Shown here one piece after another: positions 35,484 through 44,077 of a stretch of DNA of 64,000 bases. This DNA comes from Clostridia bacterium (lineage in GTDB: Bacteria > Bacillota > Clostridia > UBA1381 > UMGS1253). Location of the stretch: contig JAZQCN010000059.1 in the NCBI GenBank assembly GCA_045546315.1, forward strand, positions 136,510 to 200,509, read 5' to 3'. The notes beneath the pieces are model-generated. The model was not told the origin of the DNA. It saw only the letters and a list, made by a program, of their open reading frames with translations, and searched no databases. Every line of letters starts with the position of its first letter. Position 1 is the first letter of the stretch. Both the position numbers and the translations under genes were made by a program.

Positions 35484-36578
35484 CTATTCCTCCTGCTGAA
35501 CTGTTCCGGCCTTCACATAAAAATAACGCGCATCCTTCTGTGTTTCATCTCTGTCTGTGCCGGTGATAATTACCTGCTTATTTTTTATTTTACCTGCAAA
35601 ATAATCTCGCCTGCTTTTATCAAGCTCGCTCATAATATCATCAAGTAAAATAATAGGATAGGTTTTCTTTATGCTGTACACAGCTTCGGTTTGCGCAAGC
35701 TTTAAGCATAAAACCACGCTTCTGTGCTGCCCCTGCGAACCATAAATTTTCAAATCGCGACCATCAATTGTAAATGCAATATCATCGCGATGCGCACCTA
35801 TATTGGAAATTTTGGTTTCCAAATCGCGCTTGCGATTTTTTTCAAGCAGCTTTAACATAGACTCTTTTATAACATCATAGCTTTCAAAACTGTCTGTTAT
35901 ATTGGATATATAGCTTAAATCAAGTATTTCACTTGAAAGCTCAGCATAAATATTTTTAACAAACGGCTTTAAAAATTGAATAAAATCGACTCTGTAAAGT
36001 GTAATTTTTGCACTTAAATCCGCCAATGCCTCGTCCCAGACATCTAATGTACTCAACGCAGGACTATCGGTATGCAAGCGTTTTAATAAGTTATTTCTTT
36101 GCTTAAGTACTTTTAAATAGTCATTTAAAACCGAAACATAATTCGGCTTAAGCTGACTGAGTGCCATATCCATAAATCTGCGGCGCTCACCCGGACCGCC
36201 TTTTATAATATTCAAATCCTCCGGTGAAAACATAACCGCATTTATATAGTTTGCAATATGACTGATTTTACTAACAGAAACGCCGTTGAAGGAAACAAGC
36301 TTTCTTTTACCGCTTTGCATAATCATTTTTCCTTCATATTCACGAACATCATCCGTAAATTCCAGTTCAATCACAGCTGAGGAAGCACCCTCTGCAATCA
36401 TTTCACCGTCATCCGCACGCCGATGCGAACGACCGCTGCAAAAAACAAATATAGCTTCCAATAAATTTGTTTTTCCCTGCGCATTATTTCCGTAAATAAT
36501 GTTGGTTTTCGGATTAAATGCAAGCTCGGCAGCCGAATAATTTCTGAAATTCTTAATTTTCAGCTTTTTAATATACAT
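35484..36578 (-). CDS. recF: DNA replication/repair protein RecF
   Basis: MYIKKLKIKNFRNY, GNNAQGKTNLLEA Walker A and LLDDIMSELD Walker B. Confidence 0.95.
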   Translation of the reverse strand: MYIKKLKIKNFRNYSAAELAFNPKTNIIYGNNAQGKTNLLEAIFVFCSGRSHRRADDGEMIAEGASSAVIELEFTDDVREYEGKMIMQSGKRKLVSFNGVSVSKISHIANYINAVMFSPEDLNIIKGGPGERRRFMDMALSQLKPNYVSVLNDYLKVLKQRNNLLKRLHTDSPALSTLDVWDEALADLSAKITLYRVDFIQFLKPFVKNIYAELSSEILDLSYISNITDSFESYDVIKESMLKLLEKNRKRDLETKISNIGAHRDDIAFTIDGRDLKIYGSQGQHRSVVLCLKLAQTEAVYSIKKTYPIILLDDIMSELDKSRRDYFAGKIKNKQVIITGTDRDETQKDARYFYVKAGTVQQEE

Positions 36579-36581
36579 AAT

Positions 36582-36806
36582 TTACTCAACCGTAATTAAA
36601 ACATCAGCATCTTCAAATTCGACTAAAACCTTATCACCCGGACGAATTTTTTTGCCACGCATCGTACATTTTTCACCGTCATAATATACCATTTCCGATA
36701 AAATCATGTCCTTTGCCTCGGCACCGGTCTGGGCAACGCCGGAGAATTTTAAAAGCTGATCGAGCTTAATATATTCAGTTGTAATTTTGATGTTAATTTT
36801 TTCCAT
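36582..36806 (-). CDS. yaaA: S4-domain RNA-binding protein YaaA
   Basis: 74 aa at the conserved dnaN-recF position, with an S4-like sequence. Confidence 0.8.
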   Translation of the reverse strand: MEKINIKITTEYIKLDQLLKFSGVAQTGAEAKDMILSEMVYYDGEKCTMRGKKIRPGDKVLVEFEDADVLITVE

Positions 36807-36826
36807 AATAAAATACCTTATCGGAT

Positions 36827-37927
36827 TTATTTCAGCATCGGCAATACAAGATACATAAATTCATTGCCCTCTACCGGCTCAATAACACATGGGCTGCCGG
36901 CAGTAATAAAGCGCATTAAAATTTCTTCACAATCGCAATTTTTAAGCGAATCCAATAAAAATTTTAAGTTAAATTTAATTTCAAACGGCTGGCAGTCGCA
37001 ATCCACCGAAATTGTATCATTAATTTTACCGGAAGCAGAGCTACAGCTGATTTCAATCTCCCCTGTACGGATGTTTAAGGTCAATGGACTTTTAACCGAT
37101 TCATTTGAAATAATCAAAGAAGCACGGTCAACCGCATTTTCCAAATCCGAAACATTACACTTCACCGTAAAGGCAAAATCCTGCGGGATTGCATTTTTAT
37201 AACTGATATATTCACCGTCGCGCAATCTGGATAAAACAATAAAATCATCAAATTCAAACAACACATTTTTATCCGAAAAATACATTCTTAAATATGTATC
37301 ATCGTCTTTTAATACCTTTAAAAGCTCACCAAGCGTGCGCACCGGAATAATCGCGTGGAAATTTTTATTGGTTTCATCAATAATCTCGTTGCGGATAGCA
37401 ACACGGAAACGGTCGGAACCGACAACAGAAAGCTTATTGTTTTCTACTTCAAAGTATGCACCCGTCAGCACCGGTCTTGTAGAGGTCTGCGGAATAACAT
37501 AAATTGTTTGTTTAATAATGCTTCTTAATACATTACTTTTAATATTGAAGGAAAAATCGCGGTTGATATCTGCGATACGCGGAAACTCCTGCGGATTAAT
37601 ACCCGAAATATCAAAATTAACCTTACCACACTTTATCTTTGTAAGATATTTTTCATCCGACTCAATCTGCACCGGTGCATCCGGCAGCTTACGCACAATA
37701 TCACCGAACATTCTGGAATTCAGCACGATTGTGCCTTCCTCCAAAATCTGTGCAGGACATTCATAACGGATACCGATTTCCAAATCGTTACCTGTTAAAA
37801 TAATTTTACTTTCACTGCATTCAATTAAAATACCCTCTAATACAGGTAATGTAGATTTTTGAGAAACTGCTTTCTGCACAGTATTAATTGCATCCGAGAG
37901 ATTGTTCTTGTCACAGATAAATTTCAT
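36827..37927 (-). CDS. dnaN: DNA polymerase III beta sliding clamp
   Basis: MKFICDKNNLSDAINTVQKAVSQKSTLPVLEGILIE, 366 aa. Confidence 0.95.
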   Translation of the reverse strand: MKFICDKNNLSDAINTVQKAVSQKSTLPVLEGILIECSESKIILTGNDLEIGIRYECPAQILEEGTIVLNSRMFGDIVRKLPDAPVQIESDEKYLTKIKCGKVNFDISGINPQEFPRIADINRDFSFNIKSNVLRSIIKQTIYVIPQTSTRPVLTGAYFEVENNKLSVVGSDRFRVAIRNEIIDETNKNFHAIIPVRTLGELLKVLKDDDTYLRMYFSDKNVLFEFDDFIVLSRLRDGEYISYKNAIPQDFAFTVKCNVSDLENAVDRASLIISNESVKSPLTLNIRTGEIEISCSSASGKINDTISVDCDCQPFEIKFNLKFLLDSLKNCDCEEILMRFITAGSPCVIEPVEGNEFMYLVLPMLK

Positions 37928-38199
37928 TTTCTAATCAAATCCTTCTTTTATTAATTTTCGTTTATTGCGCCGAACGGCGCTTAAAATAAAATAATATAAA
38001 ATAATTTTAGTAGTTGTAGTAGTAGGGGATGTGCAAAACATGCATAACTTAAAAAATCATTGATACAACAGGCTTTATTAAAGCTGTCATCTTATGAATA
38101 AGCTGTGGAAAAGTCTGAAAAGTTATCCACAAAATTAACATTTTATATGTTTTACACATAAAGTTATCCACATTTCCACAATTTATTATGGATAACTTT
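37928..38199. other. oriC part 2 (dnaA-dnaN intergenic): AT-rich unwinding element, DnaA-trios and DnaA boxes
   Basis: AT-rich tract at 37983-38007 and TAG trios at 38008-25. DnaA boxes: tgtgcaaaa 38030-38, ttatccaca 38123-31 and 38164-72. Imperfect boxes at 38105-13, 38173-80 and 38187-95. Confidence 0.8.
38008..38025. promoter_or_regulatory. DnaA-trio-like run (TAG TAG TTG TAG TAG TAG) followed by GGG
   Basis: Trinucleotide periodicity lies between the AT-rich tract and a DnaA-box-like element, as in the B. subtilis basal unwinding system. Confidence 0.6.
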
Positions 38200-39504
38200 T
38201 TAATGAAGAATGGATTTCAGCTGCTTTGTAAGCGTTTGAATTGCATAGCTTAATTCTTCATCTGCTTCTAATTTTTTAGTAATATTATCCACGGCATGCA
38301 TAGCTGTTGAATAATGTCGGTCGTATTCTTTTCCGATGGTTTCGTAGCTCATATCCGTCAGCGTGCGGCAAAGGTACATTGCAATTTGTCTGGCATCGTT
38401 AATATTTTGTATTTTACGCTTACCTTTAATATCAGAAACCGGAATATCAAAAAATTTAGATACGGCTTCATTTATAGAGGTAGCAGTAATACGAATGACC
38501 GGAACTAAGGATTCCAATGCTTCTTTGGTAAGCTCCAAATCAATTTCGCGACCGGTTACCTTTGCATAGGAAAGGACACGCATCAATGCACCTTCCAGCT
38601 CACGAATATTGGATTTACTGCAATCTGCAATAAAACAATATACATCATACGGAATTTCAACACTTTCAACCGAGGCCTTCTTTTGCAGAATTGCAATTCT
38701 GGTTTCATAATCCGGTGGTTTGATATCCGCCTGTATACCGCCGCTGAAGCGTGTTTTTAAACGCTCTTCAATATCAATTTCTCTCGGCGGTCGGTCGCTG
38801 GTTAATACGATTTGTTTATTTGCATCGTAAAGCTCGTTGAAGGTATGGAAAAATTCTTCCTGTGCCATATCCTTACCCTCTAAGAACTGGATATCATCCA
38901 ATAAAAGTATATCGACATTTCTGTATTTTTCTCTGAATTGCGCTGTAGTACGCTTCGAAATTGCGGCAATCAGCTCTGTTGTAAATTTCTCGGAGGAAAT
39001 ATAAACAATACTTAATTCCTTGCCGTACATTTTTCTTGCAAACTCACCGGCATAGTTACCGATTGCCTGCATCAGATGCGTCTTACCCAAGCCGCTGCCG
39101 CCGTAAATCAAAAGCGGATTATAAACGCTGCCCGGTCCTTCACTTACGCCAACAGAAACCGCGTGTGCATAGTGGTTTGAATTACCGACAACGAAGGAAT
39201 CAAAGGTATACTTCGGATTTAAATTATTCATTGCCGGCGCGTTGGTCATTTTTTGAAACGGTTGATTTCTCGCAGTAAATTCAACATCCACCAGCTTACC
39301 GGTTAAATAATGGATTGCGGAAATAATGTTTGCGTGGTACGGCTTAATCATCTGAATCATCAGATCGTTTGTCATACTCAGTACAATTTTAGAATCATCC
39401 ATTGAAATGGGTTTTATGTCCATAAACCAGGTTGTAAATGCGGTTGGCAATACATCCGGCTTTATAACCTCTAAAGCCGATTTCCAAATTTTTTCAACTT
39501 CCAT
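38200..39504 (-). CDS. dnaA: chromosomal replication initiator DnaA
   Basis: GGSGLGKTHLMQAIGN Walker A, LLLDDIQFL and a C-terminal DNA-binding domain. Confidence 0.97.
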   Translation of the reverse strand: MEVEKIWKSALEVIKPDVLPTAFTTWFMDIKPISMDDSKIVLSMTNDLMIQMIKPYHANIISAIHYLTGKLVDVEFTARNQPFQKMTNAPAMNNLNPKYTFDSFVVGNSNHYAHAVSVGVSEGPGSVYNPLLIYGGSGLGKTHLMQAIGNYAGEFARKMYGKELSIVYISSEKFTTELIAAISKRTTAQFREKYRNVDILLLDDIQFLEGKDMAQEEFFHTFNELYDANKQIVLTSDRPPREIDIEERLKTRFSGGIQADIKPPDYETRIAILQKKASVESVEIPYDVYCFIADCSKSNIRELEGALMRVLSYAKVTGREIDLELTKEALESLVPVIRITATSINEAVSKFFDIPVSDIKGKRKIQNINDARQIAMYLCRTLTDMSYETIGKEYDRHYSTAMHAVDNITKKLEADEELSYAIQTLTKQLKSILH

Positions 39505-39912
39505 TTTAAAAACTCCTAAACTAAAATCAATCTGTTGTGGTTTGATGAAAAATAAAAGTTTTCCACATAGTTATGCATAATTGTGCATAACTTTTTTAAA
39601 AACCGGCTAAATTCGGCATTTTCATAAAGAATTAAATGTGTATAAGTATGTGCATAAGTGAAAATACGGTTCCGAATTTAAGCAGCTGCATCTATATTTT
39701 GTGGTTTACATAAAGCAGTTTTTAAAAGATGTGTAACCTTATATGAAAATAAAGTGCATATGTGCGCAATATACTATGATAATTATACCAAAAATTTAAG
39801 TAAAGTGCAAGTAAAAAAAGAGATTATTCCTAATAAAAGAATTGACAAATTTATTTATTAATTTATAATAAAAATAGAAGTAGAAATTACAAAAAAAGGC
39901 AGGGAATGAAAA
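39505..39912. other. oriC part 1 / dnaA promoter region with a DnaA-box cluster
   Basis: ttttccaca 39559-67, ttatgcata 39571-79, ttgtgcata 39581-89, tgtgtataa 39637-45 (reverse complement TTATACACA), tgtgcataa 39649-57 (reverse complement TTATGCACA). The region is very AT-rich, and gene orientation switches from minus to plus here. Confidence 0.75.
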
Positions 39913-40215
39913 ATGATTAAGCATATTGTTATGTGGAAGCTTCCAAAGGAAAAGGACGGATTCAGTAAAGAAGAAATCGCGCTTAAAATTAAAGCTTCTT
40001 TAGAAACTTTACCGGCGCTGATTGATGAAATCGTCAGCTTACAGGTTGGTGTAAATTTCAATGAAAGCGATATGGCATATGATGTTTGCCTTGTAACGGA
40101 TTTTAAAACAAAGGAAGATTTGAATGCGTATCAGAATAATGAAGAGCATTTAAAGGTTGCCGCTTATATTCGCGCCGTAAATATCGGCAGATGTGTTGCT
40201 GATTACGAATATTAA
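39913..40215 (+). CDS. Dabb (stress-responsive alpha/beta barrel) family protein
   Basis: 100 aa, MIKHIVMWKL...VGVNF...AYDVCLVTDF...LNAYQNNEEHLKV. Confidence 0.8.
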   Translation: MIKHIVMWKLPKEKDGFSKEEIALKIKASLETLPALIDEIVSLQVGVNFNESDMAYDVCLVTDFKTKEDLNAYQNNEEHLKVAAYIRAVNIGRCVADYEY

Positions 40216-40225
40216 GGAGAAAAAA

Positions 40226-43200
40226 ATGAAAAAATTTATTTCTTTATCTTTATCTTTAGCTGTGCTGCTGACTTGCTTTTCGGCAGTTAGTTTTGCTGCG
40301 CCGAAAATAAATGAAACAACAGAAATTTTATTTACGGAAAATTTTGACGCTGCATCAGATAATGTATCAATTAGTAATGGCACCTTTTCTTATATAGCGT
40401 GTCCGGCGGACGGAGAAAATACAGATACAGCTGCAGCCTACGGTGCGCTGATGAGCAGTACTACTGCGGCAGCGAAGGTAAGAATCAAATTTAATGCGCT
40501 GTATACCGGCGAATATACATATGAAATGGATTTTCGCCTGGAGGATGTTATTTCGGAAGGCTCGAATGAAATAAAGCTGCTTCGCTTAAATAAGGATAAT
40601 GCGACAATCGGTTTAATAACCTTATGGGATTCGGATGCAAACGGTTATAAAATTCGTGTAGCTACGAGAGATGAAGAAGGGACTGCAAAGTATAAAATAA
40701 GCGGTTATATTCCTTATAAAAAATGGCATACACTTCGTGTTGTTATAAATACATTTGAAAATAATTATGATGTATATGTAAATGATGTATTGGTTTGTGA
40801 AAATTGTTTACCTTATCAAAACAGCTTTGAAGGTGGTGTAAATAGTGCTTATATTTATACCGATAAAGCCAAAAACACATCGCTTTTAGTGGATAATATT
40901 TCTTTATACAGAGATTTAGGCGTTTATTCAAAAAAATACATAATATCTGACGATGTGATTTTAGGAAGCTTTGAAAATGTGACTGTAGAGGAATTTTATT
41001 CAAATATAGAAACATTGATGTTATCAACTGTGACACTGTACAGTGATTATGAAAAAAAGGTACAAAATACAGGCGTTGTTGCAGACGGTGATATTTTAGA
41101 AATTAAATCTTTAAAAGATACATCAAAGATTAAATTGTATACAATCAATAATATTGTGTATGCAAATACATACTATGTTGCGCCGAACGGCAATAATTTA
41201 AATGACGGTACTGCGCCTGAATCCGCATTTGCAAGTCTGGATTATGCAAAATATACCGTAAGGCTCGCAAAAAAGAACAATCCGAACCAAGCGTATACCG
41301 TAAAAATTTTAGCAGGTGATTATCCAATTGATTCATCAATTGAATTTACCGTGGCTGACAGCGGCAGTGCGGAATATCCGATTCTATATGAAGCCTATGG
41401 CAACGGACCAGTGAATTTTAAAGGCAGTAAAACTTTAAGTGCAGATAAAGCTGTCAAGGTAACAGATTCGGAAATTTTAAATACACTGATCAGCACGGAA
41501 GCACAAAAAAATCTATATAAAATTGATTTAAAGGCGGAGGGTATTGTAATTCCTGAAATGCCTGCTATTTATGGCTATGGCGCCGGCGGATATCAGCCTT
41601 TGCGTGTCTATATTAACGGTCAGGCGCTTACAGAGGCACAGTTCCCGAATGCGGGGAATGTCTATATTCCGTTAAAGGCGGTCAATAATGAAGAAACAGC
41701 GACAGCAGACGGTTTTTATGATATAAATTATTACGATAATGATGCACCGCTGTCCAGAACAGGCAAATGGAATACGAAAGATCGTGATATTTATATTGCA
41801 GGTACATTGCTACAGCAATGGGAATATAACCATATACGCGTAAAAACCTTTGACCCGGCAAACGGGCGTATTGTTTTTGATAAAAATCGTTCGGGTGAAA
41901 TGCCAATCGGCAGAAGCTATTTCTATTTTACAAATGTATTTGAAGAAATAGATGTACCGGGTGAGTCTTATATCGATGAGAAAAACGGTATTCTCTACTT
42001 TATGCCGTATGGCGATTTGACAAATGCCGAAATCGAAATCGGCACATTTAAAAATACAATGATTTCGATGACTGATTGCGATTATATCACATTTAAAAAT
42101 TTAAATTTTGGTTATACGGGAAATAAAATTATTGATGCCAAAAATACGGATTATTTTACGCTTGACGGTTGTGAGCTTGCGCACACAGGTGCAACAGCAA
42201 TAACGCTGAGCGGTCATCATACTTTAATTCAGAATAATCATATCTATGATCTCGCAGGTTATACGGGCACAGGTGGTATTCATTTAACCGATAGTGGTGA
42301 CAGAAAAACCTTAACAAGTGGAGAAAGTAAGATTGTAAACAATAAAATTCACGATACAGATGTTGTTTATAAAGTATCACAGTCACCGGCAATTTATATT
42401 TTGGACAGCGTCGGTACGGAAATTTCCAATAACGAAATTTACAATGGTACTGCATATGTAATTCGTGTTACGGATGCAAATGACATTTTGATTAAGCGAA
42501 ATGAAATTTATAATGCAGTTACGATGTCTTCGGATGCAGGTGCAGTTACCTGGGGCAGAGATATTACGCTGCTCGGTTTTCAGGTGATTGAAAACTATTT
42601 CCATGACATCGGAAATGATATTGGTATTCGTGAACAAGAAAGTACGGGTTTAGTATGTAAAAGAACAGGGCAGCAGGCGCTGTTTCATGATGACGGCTCT
42701 TCCGGACCATATGCATACGGTAATATATTCTATCAAAGCAGGCCGAATGAAACAATCAATACATATTCTTCTATAAAGGCAAATGGCGGTCAGTACGGCA
42801 TTTGGGAAAATAACATTTTTATCGGCGGTCATACGGCAGCATACTTTGGTTCGTGGAGAACTGGATATAACGGTAAAACCATGCAGGATATCTGGTGGCT
42901 GCGTCAGTACAATGTGTATGAGCTGGGTGCGGAGCATAATGCAGACGGCCAAGGCGGTTCGGCAATTTATTGGGACAGAATCAGCAACAGCAAATTAAAT
43001 TTCTTTGAAAATGAGGTCTGGAAGGAAAAATATGCAGGTCAATTCGGTGCGTATTGGACATTGTTTACACCGGAACAGAAGGCATATCTTGAAAGTGTAT
43101 ATGATTCGAGTGTAAGCAATATAAAATATAATACGAATCTTTTAAATGCGGCAGCCGGACATGCCGATTTGTTAACAAACACAAATGTAATGAAAAATAA

Positions 43201-43711
43201 TGTTTTAATTAACACACTTACGCCGATAGAGTATAAGGATACTGCAAACTATCACGAAGCTGAAGGCAGTGTGACGGGTATATATACCACACAGGAGGCG
43301 CAGGACTTCTTTAAAAACTATGGTACGGATTTTACGCTGACGAAGGAAGGCCTTGCATCGATTCAAAAAACCGTTCCGGCATTTCAGGCAATTGATTTTG
43401 ATGCAATCGGCTTGCAGGGCGATGTCGGAAAAGCGAAGGCCGGTATAGAGGTTAACAGTGATAATGTAAACGGGAGCACGGTAAGCTGCAGACTTGTAAA
43501 TGAAAGCGATGCACCGAAGCGGGGCTTGCTGATTTTCGTGTCTAAAAATGGTGAAAAAACCAGCGAAACAAAGATTTTAAGTGTAACCGTGCCCGGCAAG
43601 GGAACAGCGGAAAGATTTGTATATTTTAAAAAGCCGTTTACGAGTTATAAAATTTTTGTGATTAAGGATTTTTTTTCAATGCAAATTCTTTCAAATGTTA
43701 TTCAAAAATAA
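40226..43711 (+). CDS. secreted LamG-like plus right-handed parallel beta-helix repeat protein (polysaccharide lyase/hydrolase-like)
   Basis: Signal peptide MKKFISLSLSLAVLLTCFSAVSFA and an N-terminal jelly-roll-like region. PbH1-type repeats: NNHIYD, NNKIHD, NNEIYNG, RNEIYNA. Trimmed to ATG 40226, which has AAGGAGA upstream. Confidence 0.75.
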   Translation: MKKFISLSLSLAVLLTCFSAVSFAAPKINETTEILFTENFDAASDNVSISNGTFSYIACPADGENTDTAAAYGALMSSTTAAAKVRIKFNALYTGEYTYEMDFRLEDVISEGSNEIKLLRLNKDNATIGLITLWDSDANGYKIRVATRDEEGTAKYKISGYIPYKKWHTLRVVINTFENNYDVYVNDVLVCENCLPYQNSFEGGVNSAYIYTDKAKNTSLLVDNISLYRDLGVYSKKYIISDDVILGSFENVTVEEFYSNIETLMLSTVTLYSDYEKKVQNTGVVADGDILEIKSLKDTSKIKLYTINNIVYANTYYVAPNGNNLNDGTAPESAFASLDYAKYTVRLAKKNNPNQAYTVKILAGDYPIDSSIEFTVADSGSAEYPILYEAYGNGPVNFKGSKTLSADKAVKVTDSEILNTLISTEAQKNLYKIDLKAEGIVIPEMPAIYGYGAGGYQPLRVYINGQALTEAQFPNAGNVYIPLKAVNNEETATADGFYDINYYDNDAPLSRTGKWNTKDRDIYIAGTLLQQWEYNHIRVKTFDPANGRIVFDKNRSGEMPIGRSYFYFTNVFEEIDVPGESYIDEKNGILYFMPYGDLTNAEIEIGTFKNTMISMTDCDYITFKNLNFGYTGNKIIDAKNTDYFTLDGCELAHTGATAITLSGHHTLIQNNHIYDLAGYTGTGGIHLTDSGDRKTLTSGESKIVNNKIHDTDVVYKVSQSPAIYILDSVGTEISNNEIYNGTAYVIRVTDANDILIKRNEIYNAVTMSSDAGAVTWGRDITLLGFQVIENYFHDIGNDIGIREQESTGLVCKRTGQQALFHDDGSSGPYAYGNIFYQSRPNETINTYSSIKANGGQYGIWENNIFIGGHTAAYFGSWRTGYNGKTMQDIWWLRQYNVYELGAEHNADGQGGSAIYWDRISNSKLNFFENEVWKEKYAGQFGAYWTLFTPEQKAYLESVYDSSVSNIKYNTNLLNAAAGHADLLTNTNVMKNNVLINTLTPIEYKDTANYHEAEGSVTGIYTTQEAQDFFKNYGTDFTLTKEGLASIQKTVPAFQAIDFDAIGLQGDVGKAKAGIEVNSDNVNGSTVSCRLVNESDAPKRGLLIFVSKNGEKTSETKILSVTVPGKGTAERFVYFKKPFTSYKIFVIKDFFSMQILSNVIQK

Positions 43712-43721
43712 AGATTTAAAA

Positions 43722-43750
43722 GCCCCTCCGAATTTGGAGGGACTTTTTTG
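43722..43750 (+). terminator. rho-independent terminator after the beta-helix gene
   Basis: ccctcc-gaattt-ggaggg followed by cttttttg. Confidence 0.7.
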
Positions 43751-43814
43751 TATAAAATTTTTCCTACGGACAAAACTAAAACCGACAAATATGAAAAGAG
43801 AGAGGAAAATTATT

Positions 43815-44072
43815 ATGCAGCAGTTTTCTTATATCTTGAAGCACGAAACAGGTATCCATGCGCGACCGGCAGGCTTGGTTGTAAATGAAGCAAAAAAATA
43901 CGCATGTAAAATAACAATCAAGCTTGGCGAAAAGGAAGCGGACGCAAAGGGATTGTTTTCCGTTATGGGGCTTTCCGCCAAGGGTGGAGACAGCGTTTGT
44001 GTATGCTGCGAGGGCGAAGATGAGCAGGCAGCCTGTGATGCATTAAAAGCATTGTTTGAAAAGCAACTGTAA
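43815..44072 (+). CDS. ptsH: phosphocarrier protein HPr
   Basis: 85 aa with GIHARPAG (His15 site) and KGLFSVMGL (Ser46 region). Trimmed to ATG 43815. Confidence 0.9.
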   Translation: MQQFSYILKHETGIHARPAGLVVNEAKKYACKITIKLGEKEADAKGLFSVMGLSAKGGDSVCVCCEGEDEQAACDALKALFEKQL

Positions 44073-44077
44073 GGAGA

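Noticed and set aside
39858-40061. 67-aa minus-strand ORF in the oriC/Dabb region.
   Set aside because: It is AT-rich and low-complexity, overlaps the well-supported Dabb gene on the opposite strand, and has no SD.
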